Source: an uncultured Acidobacteriota bacterium (GTDB taxonomy: Bacteria > Actinomycetota > Acidimicrobiia > Spongiisociales > ZC4RG35). From it: a stretch of DNA of 64,000 nucleotides. A program made the position numbers and the translations under genes. Positions 31,983 through 41,651 of the stretch are shown in pieces. Below the pieces are notes generated by a model. That model searched no databases, was not told the DNA's origin, and saw nothing but the letters and a program-made list of their open reading frames with translations. How positions within the stretch are numbered: the stretch's first letter is position 1; each line of letters opens with the position of its first letter. The DNA is taken from NCBI GenBank assembly GCA_963828465.1, contig CAWHEU010000002.1:128001-192000 (forward strand), read 5' to 3'.

Positions 31983-32885
31983 CTAATCAAGTGCTCCGGT
32001 CAGGTGACCCAGCTTGTCGGGATTGACCACAGCTCGCACCGCCTGGACCTTGCCCATGGCGACATCGAGAGACACCACCGCCACGATGGCTCCGTCGCCG
32101 CTTTGGACGACTGCTCCCGGCTGGCCGTTGACGTCGACGAGGGTCAGAACCCAGCCCTCGCGATTGGCGCGCGGGCTGAAGGAGGCGAGGAACCGGGCCG
32201 TCTCGGACATGCCGCGGAGGGGCTCCCGCCGAGCCGGCGCCTTGCCACCACCGTCGCCATAGAGAACAACGTCCTGCGCGAGCATGTCCGCAAGGCCCTC
32301 GGTGTCTCCGTTCTCGACGGCGGCGAAGAACTTCTCGGCGAGCGCCCATCGTTTCTCGACTGATGTCTCGAATCGGGGCTTGCCCTCCTGGACCTTCTCC
32401 CGGGCCCGCACCGCCAGTTGCCTGCAAGCAACCTCGGACTTGTCGATGAGCTCGGCGACTTCGTCGAATCCAAACCCGAACACATCGCGCAGCAGGAGCA
32501 CCGCTCGCTCCGGGGGGGTGAGCCTCTCGAGGAGGACCAGAAAGGCCATGGAGAGGCTGTCGGACAGCTCGGCGTGTCGCTCCGGATCGGCAGACCGGTC
32601 GGTGACTATCGGCTCGGGCAGCCACTCTCCCACATATTCCTCACGACGCACCCGCGCCGAACGCAGGTAGTCGATGGCGAGCCGGGAGACGACCGCGCAC
32701 GCATATGCCCGCCGCGACTCGATCTCGGTCCCCTCGTTCTCGGCCGTGTGGACCCGCACATAAGTTTCCTGGACCAGGTCCTCGGACTCGCTGACGCTCC
32801 CGGTCATCCGGTACGCGATCGAGAAGAGGAGCGGGCGAAGCGAAGCGTCGGTTTCGCCTGATTCGGAATCCGCAATCGTGGTCAT
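31983..32885 (-). CDS. sigJ: ECF41 (SigJ-like) sigma factor with C-terminal SnoaL extension
   Basis: Signature WLPEP, DGGGK and NPDKL motifs. Confidence 0.92.
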   Translation of the reverse strand: MTTIADSESGETDASLRPLLFSIAYRMTGSVSESEDLVQETYVRVHTAENEGTEIESRRAYACAVVSRLAIDYLRSARVRREEYVGEWLPEPIVTDRSADPERHAELSDSLSMAFLVLLERLTPPERAVLLLRDVFGFGFDEVAELIDKSEVACRQLAVRAREKVQEGKPRFETSVEKRWALAEKFFAAVENGDTEGLADMLAQDVVLYGDGGGKAPARREPLRGMSETARFLASFSPRANREGWVLTLVDVNGQPGAVVQSGDGAIVAVVSLDVAMGKVQAVRAVVNPDKLGHLTGALD

Positions 32886-32893
32886 GTCCCTGA

Positions 32894-32920
32894 GACGAGT
32901 TTGACCCTTCGATTGTGACA
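32894..32920 (-). promoter_or_regulatory. ECF41 promoter for the sigma factor gene itself
   Basis: TGTCACA-N16-CGTC on the minus strand, ending 8 nt before the ATG. Confidence 0.85.
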
Positions 32921-32932
32921 GCCACGGGCTGT

Positions 32933-32959
32933 TGTCACAGAAACCGCCTCCATCTCGTC
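32933..32959 (+). promoter_or_regulatory. ECF41 promoter for the epimerase gene
   Basis: Exact TGTCACA-N16-CGTC. Confidence 0.88.
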
Positions 32960-32987
32960 CTGGGTAGGGAAGACGAAAGGAGACGAA

Positions 32988-33926
32988 ATGAGAGTCTTCG
33001 TAGCCGGCGCCACCGGGGCCATCGGGCGACGTCTGGTGCCGTTGTTGATCGATTCCGGTCACGAGGTGATTGGCACGACCAGGACCCCTTCCAAGACCGA
33101 CGGCCTGCGTCTTGATGGCGCCACACCGGTGTTGCTCGACGGCAGGGACGGTGCGGCGGTGCGACGGGCGGTCCTCGACGCCGAGCCGGATGTCGTTGTC
33201 CACCAGATGACCGCGTTGTCGGGCGACCTCGACTTCCGCAAGTTCGCCGAGACTTTCGCCGAGACCAACCGGCTCCGAACCGAGACAACCGATCGCCTCA
33301 TCGAGGCCGCGGTCGAGGCCGGAGCTAGGCGATTCATCGCCCAGAGCTTCGCCGGCTGGCCCAACGAGCAAAGTGGAGGACCGGTGAAGACCGAAGAGGA
33401 CCCACTCAACACCGACCCTCCCAAGCAGGTGCGCCAGACGCTCGGGGCCATTCTCCACCTGGAGTCCGTCACGACCGGCACCCCCGGGATCGAGGGCCTG
33501 GCCCTGCGCTACGGCGGCTTCTATGGCCCGGGCAACGCCCTCGGCAAGGGCGGGCTGATGCTGGAGGCTGTGGTCAAACGGCAGATGCCGATCGTGGGTG
33601 GCGGATCAGGCATTTGGTCGTTCCTCCACATCGACGACGCCGCACAGGCCACCGCTCTCGCCGTCGACCGGGGTGCTTCCGGGATCTACAACATCGTCGA
33701 CGACGAGCCGGCGCCGGTCTCCGAATGGCTGCCATATCTGGCCGAGGTCCTCGGGGCCAGGCCCCCGCGGCGGGTGCCGGCCTGGTTGGCTCGGCTCATC
33801 GCGGGTGAAGCCGCGGTGTCGATGATGACCAAGATCCGAGGCTCCTCCAACGCCAAGGCAAAACGAGAGTTGGGCTGGAAGCTGCAGTACCCGACCTGGA
33901 GGGTGGGATTCACGGACGGGCTCTGA
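32988..33926 (+). CDS. NAD-dependent epimerase/dehydratase family protein
   Basis: AGGAG RBS. GATGAIG, LRYGGFYGPG, SFLHIDDAA. Confidence 0.9.
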   Translation: MRVFVAGATGAIGRRLVPLLIDSGHEVIGTTRTPSKTDGLRLDGATPVLLDGRDGAAVRRAVLDAEPDVVVHQMTALSGDLDFRKFAETFAETNRLRTETTDRLIEAAVEAGARRFIAQSFAGWPNEQSGGPVKTEEDPLNTDPPKQVRQTLGAILHLESVTTGTPGIEGLALRYGGFYGPGNALGKGGLMLEAVVKRQMPIVGGGSGIWSFLHIDDAAQATALAVDRGASGIYNIVDDEPAPVSEWLPYLAEVLGARPPRRVPAWLARLIAGEAAVSMMTKIRGSSNAKAKRELGWKLQYPTWRVGFTDGL

Positions 33927-33945
33927 CTCGCCAGAATGAGGCTCG

Positions 33946-34453
33946 ATGGATGACCCCAACCAATATCACTTCATCAATGTCTGGCATCTGAATTTCCGGC
34001 CCGAGGAGGTATACCGCGTGCTCGAGGACATCGGCGGGTACCCCCGATGGTGGCCGGAGGTGCGACGGGTCGATCGGATCGACGACAGCACAGTGCGGAT
34101 CGTGGCCCGGTCTGTGCTCCCCTACAGCCTCACGTTTCAGGCGACCGACTCCCGGCAGGACCAAAAGGCCGGAGTCCTCGAGATCGCCATGCGTGGTGAC
34201 CTGGAAGGGTTCTCGCGCTGGACTATCGAACCCGAGCGCTCCGGGACACTTGCGACGTTCGAGGAAGAGGTCATCGCCCGAAAGGAGTCACTGCGACGGC
34301 TCGCCCGTGGTGGCCCGACCGTTCTTCCGGTGGAATCACGCGGTGATGATGCGCCACGGGCGACGAGGGCTCGGTGTCTACCTGGCCGGGTATAGAGCCG
34401 GCGCCGAGGAGGCCGACCAGCTCCGGAGTGAGTCGTCGGCCCAAGACGGATAG
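33946..34453 (+). CDS. SRPBCC/polyketide cyclase family protein; frameshift near 34305
   Basis: YPRWWPEV, GDLEGFSRW; tail PVVARPFFRWNHAVMMRHGRRGL in the next frame. Confidence 0.78.
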
Positions 34454-34466
34454 CTCGGGACGCTGC

Positions 34467-34693
34467 TCAGCTCTTCTTCTTTCTTTCTTCTTCTTCTTGT
34501 CCGACTTCTTCTTGTTGGACTTCTTGTCCTTCGTCTTCTTCTTGTCCGGCTGTTTCTCCTGCTTCTTCTTGTCCTTCGGGCCAGCAGCTGGTTCGTTCAC
34601 CACAGGTGAGGTAGCCGGAGCCGACAAGCGAGCCGCGGCTTCTGCACTTATGAACCGCCCCGTCGCAGGATCACGAAATCTTGTGGAGGCCAC
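34467..34693 (-). CDS. Small Lys-rich basic protein (ends uncertain)
   Basis: RFRDPATGRFISAE followed by AAG-rich KDKKK repeats. An indel in the AAG run probably hides the stop at 34467. Confidence 0.55.
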
Positions 34694-34748
34694 CTCTTCA
34701 CCCCTTCCTGGTTCGGCCACAAACTAGCCATCACACTGTTTCTCGACG

Positions 34749-35456
34749 TCATCGAGACTTCCAGCTAACTATTTCGCGGGCGTGCTCGACCTCGGCTTTG
34801 ATCGACTCACTGTCTTCATCCGACAGCTCGATCGATGAGGCCGCGGTCAAGGATTCGATGGCAGCCGGCGCTTCTCCAAGCCTGGTGTAGAGCTCGGCCA
34901 GATACAGGAGGGCCCGGGCCCGTTCGATGCCGGGCGCGTCGGAGAATCGTTCCAGTCCATTCACGAGCAACCTGATCGCTTCCACATCATCGCCCTTTGC
35001 GTCGCCGAGCCTGGCCGCGTTCTCGATCACGCGAGCAAGACCTGTGGTTGTGTCTCGGGTCTCCTCGTCGTCACCGAGCTTCGACACCCGCAGCCAGTTT
35101 CCGCCCGGATCGACCACGCTGAATCCCCGCACTGTCCCGTATCTCTTTCTCGGCCTGAGAATGCGAGGGATGCCTGACGCCGGAAGCTTTCCGAACCGCT
35201 CTCGCAACCCGGCAGCGAAGTCTTCATACAAGGTATCCGGATCCGACACCGCGATAATGACGCTGCCATATGACGTCTCCGGGTCGAAGCCGTCGAGCCC
35301 GAAGAGGTGAATACGAATCTCGCTCAACTCGACGACGGCGTACGGATTGGGGCGCTCCTGGCGGTATGTCCGGTTGAACCCGAGCGCCTCATAGAACGAG
35401 ATGGAATCGTCCAGATCGGCGCACGGGAGGATTGGGATTGTGATGGCCGTGGCCAC
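34749..35456 (-). CDS. VOC (bleomycin-resistance-like) domain with a helical TPR-like C-terminus
   Basis: TIPILPCADLDDSISFYEALGF, VVDPGGNWLR, RARALLYLAEL. Confidence 0.8.
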   Translation of the reverse strand: MATAITIPILPCADLDDSISFYEALGFNRTYRQERPNPYAVVELSEIRIHLFGLDGFDPETSYGSVIIAVSDPDTLYEDFAAGLRERFGKLPASGIPRILRPRKRYGTVRGFSVVDPGGNWLRVSKLGDDEETRDTTTGLARVIENAARLGDAKGDDVEAIRLLVNGLERFSDAPGIERARALLYLAELYTRLGEAPAAIESLTAASSIELSDEDSESIKAEVEHAREIVSWKSR

Positions 35457-35458
35457 GT

Positions 35459-35893
35459 TTAGAAGTCGATCCGCATTACGAGTCTGCGGATGGGGCGGAA
35501 GCCTGCTCGGGTGACGAAACAGGTCACCCCCCACACCCTGTCGTCGTTCTTGTCCTCGCTTCGGCCGTCCCAGGGGACACGGGTGTTCCGCAGCAGTCGC
35601 GGATACGCGGTGCGTGGCTCGACCGCGCACCAGCCGACCGGCTCGCCGTCGAGAGAGGCCACCAGACCGCTCGTCGTGCCCGATTCGGGATGGCCACAAT
35701 CGGTGTCGGAGCGAAACCGGAAGGCCAACTCCTCGGCGCCAACCGACGCCCAACTCTCTCCGGGCTCCATCTTGTATCGGGAGCACTGGCATCGAGCCCG
35801 GTCGCCGCGCGTGCCGACCACGGTCTGGAGGTCGTCCCAGCTGGCTTCGTTGGCGGGGACGATCGTCAGCGCGGGCATGGCCATATCTGCCAT
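35459..35893 (-). pseudogene. GNAT acetyltransferase with an in-frame internal deletion
   Basis: CQC, GEPVGWCAVEPR and VTCFVTRAGFR are joined directly to the terminal RRLVMRIDF. The acetyl-CoA-binding RxxGxx segment is missing. Confidence 0.65.
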
Positions 35894-35923
35894 GCCCGCA
35901 CCGTAATGCTCGTTACCTGACCG

Positions 35924-38900
35924 TCAGCTACAGCCGGTCGTGTCCCCGCAGGTGAGGCAGACGTAGCAGCTCCCGTTGCGGATCGTCATGTGGCCGCAGT
36001 TGGAGCAGACCGGGGCGTCGCCCATGTTCTCCTTCAAGGCCGAGTCGACCATCGCTGCCGATCCGGCGAGGACGGCCTCGGTCGTCTTGACAGCGGTTGT
36101 CCCCCTCCCGGCTTCGCCGGCACTCCCCCCTCCGGGGGGAGAAATAGGCCCGTCGAGGAACGCAACGGCGGCCTTCACCGCCTCGACGTCATCCTCTGCG
36201 ACGGCGTCGGTGAGGTCGAGCTGGATCCCTGCTTCCACTGCCATCCCCGCCGGCGGCTCGGGAAGCTGCATGTCGCGGTCTGGTGGCACCTGGGCGAGCT
36301 CGTCCCGCTCCAGGTACTCGACACCGAGGGCCCGGAACACGTAGTCCACGATCGAGTTGGCCATCTTGATGTTGGGATGACCCTCGACCATGCCCCTCGG
36401 CTCGAACGTCTGGAAGGTGAAGGTGTCGACGAACTCCTCGAGCGGCACTCCGTACTGGAGGCCCTTGGAGACGGCAATGGCGAAGCAGGACAGGATTCCC
36501 TTCAGGGTCGCCCCCTCCTTGGCAAGGTCGATGAAGATCTCGCCGAGGGTCCCGTCGTCGTACTCGCCGGTTCGGAGGAACACTTTGTGCCCGCCGATCC
36601 TCGCCTCCTGGTTGTACCCGTTGCGACGCGCAGGGAGCAGGAAGCGGGGCGGCTTCATCCCCTGGTGGTAGGCCTGGGTCGGTGAGATCCCGGCGGGGAG
36701 GTTGCCCCAGTGGATCGCCTTCTCGGTTTCCACCGCGGCCGACAGCGCAGGTGACTCGTCCTCGTTGTCCTCGCCCTCGTCGGAGGTGGAGTTGAGCGGC
36801 TGGGCCGCCTTGGACCCATCTCTGTAGAGGGCCATCGCCTTGAGGCCCCATTCCCAGGACATCCGGTACGACTCCTCGATATCCTCGACCGTGATCTCGT
36901 GGGGCATGTTGATCGTCTTGCTGATCGCTCCCGAGATGAACGGCTGGGCGGCCGCCATCATCTTGATGTGCCCGTAGTGGTGGATGAACCGGGTGCCGTA
37001 CTTCCCGTTCCTGTTGGCGGTGTCGAAGACGGCGAGATGCTCGTCGGCGATGTGTGGTGCGCCCTCGATGGTCTGACGGCCACAGATGTGGTCGTTCGCC
37101 TCGCTTATCTCCGCCGAGGTGAACCCGAGCGCCTTGAGCAGGTTGAATTCCCAGCCGGTGTACTCGTCGACCCCAAAGCCGAGACGCTGCAGCGTGCTCT
37201 CACCGAAGGTGAAGACGTTGAAGGCATGCTTGAGCTCGAACACCGCAGGCAATGCCTTCTCCAACTTGGCCAGGTCCTCGTCGTCGAAGCCCTTGTCCGT
37301 GAGCGTCTCGCGGTTGATGTGGGGCGCCCCATCGATCGAGCTGGTGCCGACGATGTACTCGACGACATCCTTGATCTGGCTTTCTTCGTAGCCCAGGTGT
37401 CGTAGCGACGGCGCCACCGACTGATTGGCGATCTTGAAGTAGCCGCCGCCCGCCAGCTTCTTGAACTTGACCAGGGCGAAGTCGGGCTCGACACCGGTGG
37501 TGTCACAGTCCATCAAGAGGCCGATTGTCCCGGTCGGTGCGATGACGCTGGACTGGGCGTTGCGATAGCCGTGCTCCTCTCCCTGCTCCAGAGCCAGGTC
37601 CCACGAACTGCGGGCCGCGGCGAGGAAGTCGGGCGGGCACAGGTCGGGGTCGATGGCCATCACCTTGTGACTGACACCTTCGTAGTCGCTGTCGCCGTAG
37701 GCGGCGCGGCGATGGTTGCGGATCACCCGGAGCATCGCTTCCCGGTTCTCGGGGAAGCGGGGGAATGGCCCGACCACAGCGGCCATCTCGGCCGAGGTCG
37801 CGTAGGAGTATCCGGTGAGGATGGCGGTCAGCGCCCCGCTGATGGCCCGGCCCTCGTCGGAGTCATAGGCGATGCCCTGACGCATCAGGAGCGACCCGAG
37901 GTTGGCGTAGCCCAGGCCGAGCGTCCGGTAGTCGTACGAGCCCTGTGCGATCTCGGGGGAGGGGAAATGCGCCATGGCCACCGAGACCTCGAGCACGATG
38001 GTCCAGAGCCGGACGGCGTGTTGATAAGCCTCGAGGTCGAAGACACCGGTCTGGTCGTCGTGAAACCTGACCAGGTTGATCGACGCCAGGTTGCACGCGG
38101 TGTCGTCGAGGAACATGTACTCAGAGCAAGGGTTGGACGCCCGGATCCGGCCACCGGCCGGTGAGGTGTGCCACTCATTGACCGTGGTGTCGAACTGGAG
38201 ACCGGGGTCGGCGCAGGCCCAGGCGGCCTCGGCGATCGTGTCCCAGAGATCGCGCGCCTTGATCGTCTTGCGGACCGAACCGTCGGTCCGGTTGATCAGA
38301 TCCCAGTCGCCGTCGTCGATCACGGTTTGGATGAAATCGTTGGTGACCCGAACCGAGTTGTTTGAGTTCTGCCCGGAGACCGTGGCGTAGGCGTCTCCGT
38401 TGAAGTCGGCGGGGAGGCCACCGTGGTTGATCAGCACCCGGGCCTTGTCCTCTTCGACCTTCTTCCAGTCGATGAACCTCTCGATGTCGGGGTGATCGAC
38501 ATCGAGGATCACCATCTTGGCGGCGCGTCTGGTAGTTCCCCCTGACTTGATCGCCCCGGCGGCCCGGTCACCGATCTTGAGGAAGGACATGACACCCGAC
38601 GACTTGCCGCCACCGGAGAGTCGCTCGTTCTCGGCGCGGATGTGGGAGAAGTTGGAGCCGGCGCCCGAGCCAAACTTGAAGATACGAGCCTCGCGGACCC
38701 AGAGGTCCATGATCCCGCCCGGGTTCACCAGGTCGTCCCTGACGCTGAGTATGAAGCAGGCGTGGGGGGCGGGGCGGCTGTAGGAGTCGGGAGAGGCCTT
38801 GAGCTCGCCGTCGGCGCCGTCGACGTACCAGAAGCCCTGGGCGGGCCCGGTCAGACCGTAGGCCCAGTTGAGACCGGTGTTGAACCATTGCGGAGAGTTG

Positions 38901-39316
38901 GGCGCCGCCATTTGGTTGGCCAGCATGTACTTGAGCTCGTCTTCGAATGCGACACCGTCATCGCTGGTCGCGAAGTAGCCCTCCTTCTCACCCCAGTGCC
39001 GCCAGGTGCCGGCGAGACGACTGAACACCTGCTTGGCCGACCGCTCCGGCCCGAGCACCGGCTGGCCGCTCTCGTCGAAGACCTGGGTCCCGTCATCGTC
39101 GAACTGGGGGACACCGGCCTTGCGGAAGTACTTGGACACCATGATGTCCGAAGCCACCTGGCTCCAACCTGCCGGGATCTCCGCGTCGGTCATCTCGAAC
39201 ACTGTCGAGCCATCCGGGTTGGTGATCCTCGAGTCGCGTCTGGACCATTCGAGCTTGTCGAATGGGTCCTTGCCGGCCTCGGTGAAGCGACGGGTGATCC
39301 GCAGGCCTTTGCTCAT
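35924..39316 (-). CDS. nrdJ: Adenosylcobalamin-dependent class II ribonucleotide reductase
   Basis: PNSPQWFN, ACFI, GGTTRRAAKM, SNPCSE, IAPTGTIG, AISKTIN, YRDGSK, a TSCPD-like domain and C-terminal Cys pairs. Confidence 0.96.
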   Translation of the reverse strand: MSKGLRITRRFTEAGKDPFDKLEWSRRDSRITNPDGSTVFEMTDAEIPAGWSQVASDIMVSKYFRKAGVPQFDDDGTQVFDESGQPVLGPERSAKQVFSRLAGTWRHWGEKEGYFATSDDGVAFEDELKYMLANQMAAPNSPQWFNTGLNWAYGLTGPAQGFWYVDGADGELKASPDSYSRPAPHACFILSVRDDLVNPGGIMDLWVREARIFKFGSGAGSNFSHIRAENERLSGGGKSSGVMSFLKIGDRAAGAIKSGGTTRRAAKMVILDVDHPDIERFIDWKKVEEDKARVLINHGGLPADFNGDAYATVSGQNSNNSVRVTNDFIQTVIDDGDWDLINRTDGSVRKTIKARDLWDTIAEAAWACADPGLQFDTTVNEWHTSPAGGRIRASNPCSEYMFLDDTACNLASINLVRFHDDQTGVFDLEAYQHAVRLWTIVLEVSVAMAHFPSPEIAQGSYDYRTLGLGYANLGSLLMRQGIAYDSDEGRAISGALTAILTGYSYATSAEMAAVVGPFPRFPENREAMLRVIRNHRRAAYGDSDYEGVSHKVMAIDPDLCPPDFLAAARSSWDLALEQGEEHGYRNAQSSVIAPTGTIGLLMDCDTTGVEPDFALVKFKKLAGGGYFKIANQSVAPSLRHLGYEESQIKDVVEYIVGTSSIDGAPHINRETLTDKGFDDEDLAKLEKALPAVFELKHAFNVFTFGESTLQRLGFGVDEYTGWEFNLLKALGFTSAEISEANDHICGRQTIEGAPHIADEHLAVFDTANRNGKYGTRFIHHYGHIKMMAAAQPFISGAISKTINMPHEITVEDIEESYRMSWEWGLKAMALYRDGSKAAQPLNSTSDEGEDNEDESPALSAAVETEKAIHWGNLPAGISPTQAYHQGMKPPRFLLPARRNGYNQEARIGGHKVFLRTGEYDDGTLGEIFIDLAKEGATLKGILSCFAIAVSKGLQYGVPLEEFVDTFTFQTFEPRGMVEGHPNIKMANSIVDYVFRALGVEYLERDELAQVPPDRDMQLPEPPAGMAVEAGIQLDLTDAVAEDDVEAVKAAVAFLDGPISPPGGGSAGEAGRGTTAVKTTEAVLAGSAAMVDSALKENMGDAPVCSNCGHMTIRNGSCYVCLTCGDTTGCS

Positions 39317-39399
39317 GAAACGTGCCTCCTCGCACTGGGTGCGCCCCCTTCAGGATAAGGGGCGGGGTCCATTGCCAAAGTGTCGATTCTCAACTCAAA

Positions 39400-39446
39400 C
39401 CACAAGATGTAGTGGTCGAGGGGGAAGTGACCACGACATCTTGTAT
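39400..39446. promoter_or_regulatory. Tandem NrdR boxes
   Basis: CCACAAGATGTAGTGG (39400) and CCACGACATCTTGTAT (39431), 31 bp apart, upstream of nrdJ. Confidence 0.85.
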
Positions 39447-39493
39447 GGACGCCACTACTGTAATTACAACCATGTCATGGGTCAAGTGTTTCG

Positions 39494-39502
39494 TTATCCA
39501 CA
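39494..39502 (+). promoter_or_regulatory. Perfect DnaA box
   Basis: TTATCCACA about 50 bp from the NrdR boxes. Confidence 0.65.
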
Positions 39503-39722
39503 GGCCCCGAGAACTGCCGAGAGCGCGAAAATCGCCGCTCTGACCAGGGAAGTTGACCGCCTCAGACCCGTGCTTGGGGAAGCCACCGCACCCTAGATCG
39601 CTGGCCGAGATCAGACCACCCGCGTCGCTTCAGAGATTTCGCGACCCGGTCACGGCGCTTCGACGTGGAGCCGACCTCGGGTTTCGGCGGGCCGTCGTAA
39701 CGGGTAAGTATCGAAGCCACCG

Positions 39723-40499
39723 ATGGATTTTGCTTCTTTCAACGTGTCTGAACCCGATGTTCTCATCGCCGCCGCGGTCCACAACGGGCACGATCTCCGG
39801 CCTGAACTCGCTGCCGTGACCGCCATCGACGGCGCAACTCGGCTGCGAGAGGAAGACCCGCACACGGGCCGCATCGCTGCCAGGTTCACCAACAGTGTGG
39901 TGGTCCATCGCTCCCGCTTCGAGGTGGACCTCAATCGGGACAGACACGAGGCGGTCTATGCGAGCCCCGAGGCCGCGTGGGGCCTCGACGTTTGGCGGCG
40001 GAATCTCACCAAAGACGAAGTCTCAGCCTCGCTCGCCCTCTACGACCGGTTCTATGGCGATCTGGCCCAACACCTCGACCGACTGGTTGCAGACAACGGT
40101 GGATTCGTCCTCTACGACATCCACTCGTACAACCATCGACGGCTGGGTCCTGACGCCCCTCCCGACCCTGTCGAGGAGAGCCCTGTCGTCAACCTGGGCA
40201 CCGGATCACTGCCCGTGAAATGGAAGCCAGTTGCCGATGCGTTCATGGAGAGTCTCCGGTCCGAGACTTTCCACGACGCCGATCTCGATGTTCGGGAGAA
40301 CGTGAGGTTCGAGGGCCGCCATCTGGCCAGGTGGGTTCATGAGAACTACGGCGATGTGGGATGCGCCCTGGCCATCGAGCTGAAGAAGGTGTTCATGGAC
40401 GAGTGGACCGGCGAGCTCGACCTGGAACGGATGTCGCAGCTCGGAGATGCACTGATGGCCTCGGGCCCTGTGGTTCGGAAGGCCTGGAGCCTGGCATGA
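39723..40499 (+). CDS. N-formylglutamate amidohydrolase family protein
   Basis: AVHNGH, REEDP, SRFEVDLNR, DIHSYN, NLGTG, AIELKK. Confidence 0.88.
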   Translation: MDFASFNVSEPDVLIAAAVHNGHDLRPELAAVTAIDGATRLREEDPHTGRIAARFTNSVVVHRSRFEVDLNRDRHEAVYASPEAAWGLDVWRRNLTKDEVSASLALYDRFYGDLAQHLDRLVADNGGFVLYDIHSYNHRRLGPDAPPDPVEESPVVNLGTGSLPVKWKPVADAFMESLRSETFHDADLDVRENVRFEGRHLARWVHENYGDVGCALAIELKKVFMDEWTGELDLERMSQLGDALMASGPVVRKAWSLA

Positions 40500-41651
40500 G
40501 TGTCGGGGAGATCGACCTTGCCATCGACCGCCGTCTGAGCGAGATCTGCGGACAGCTTCCGATGCTCCGGCTGCTCACACCGATCAATGTGCCCGAGCAG
40601 CGAAGGACGTTCCTGGAAGGAGACGTCGAAGAACCCGAATTCACCTATCGGGATCTCCCAGATCTGGACGGTCTCGCCGATGAACTGGCCGCCATCAACC
40701 CGGAGGAAGCGACAGACCCGGTGCTCATCCACATGATCCGGGGCATGCACCGAGAGCTGGAACGTCGCCTCGAGCTGTTGTCGTCGAGGAACACCGATCA
40801 ATTCCTCCTCGCAGCCGTCGAGCAATACGGGCATGTCGAGACGCCCCTATTGGCACTGGCACATCGGGTGCTCGACGAAATCCCGCCGGGACCCCGCGCT
40901 GATGTGTACATCGACGCCCACGATCTGGCGGGGAGGGCCAACGTCGAGCTCGAGCACTATCGCCGAACATTCCCCGAGCTCTCGACGCTGGTGCATGTCA
41001 GTGAGGCGGTGGCCGGTGTGATGGTGGAGAACGGGGATCTGTTCATCGGCATCGACACATCGATCGCCGGAGACCGGGTGGAGCAACTCCTTCACCACGA
41101 GATCGGCGTTCACGTGGTCACCTACGTCAACGGGAGCGCACAGCCGATTCGGATGCTGTCGCTCGGTCTAGTCCGGATACGAGGAGACCCAGGAGGCCCT
41201 CGGCGTTCTCGCCGAGCACCTCGGTGGGGGTCTTCGCCCGAAGCGGCTGCGCGCCTTTGCGCTTCGGGTGGTGGCCGCAGACTCGGTCAGCGGGCGGGCC
41301 ACCTTCCGGGAGACATACGACAGGCTGACGGATCTCGGCGCCGGGCGAAACAGGGCCTTCACCACAGCGATGCGGGCCCATCGGTCCGGGGGGATGACGA
41401 AGGACGCCCTCTATCTCGGCGGGCTGACCAGGCTCCTCACCTACCTCCAGGAGGGTGGCCGGCTCGATCCGCTCCTGGTCGGCAAGATATCCTTGGCCGA
41501 CGAGCCGCTGGTCGCCGATCTCCTGGAAAGGGGTGTCCTGGTCGACCCGCCGCTCAGGCCCCGATTCCTGGAATCGAGAGACGCGCTCGATCGACTGGCC
41601 AGGATCCAGCAGGGCGCCGGGATCATGGAGCTGGGAGGTGTCGCCGCGTGA
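40496..41651 (+). CDS. DUF1704 ('QEGLA motif', MATCAP-like) metallopeptidase; frameshift near 41172
   Basis: HHEIGVH (HExxxH). Removing one base gives LAGYEETQEALG; TKDALYLGG and LLVGKI follow. Confidence 0.82.

Noticed and set aside
39320-39720. Cobalamin riboswitch upstream of nrdJ
   Set aside because: No B12-box or other conserved core recognised. NrdR boxes explain the region.
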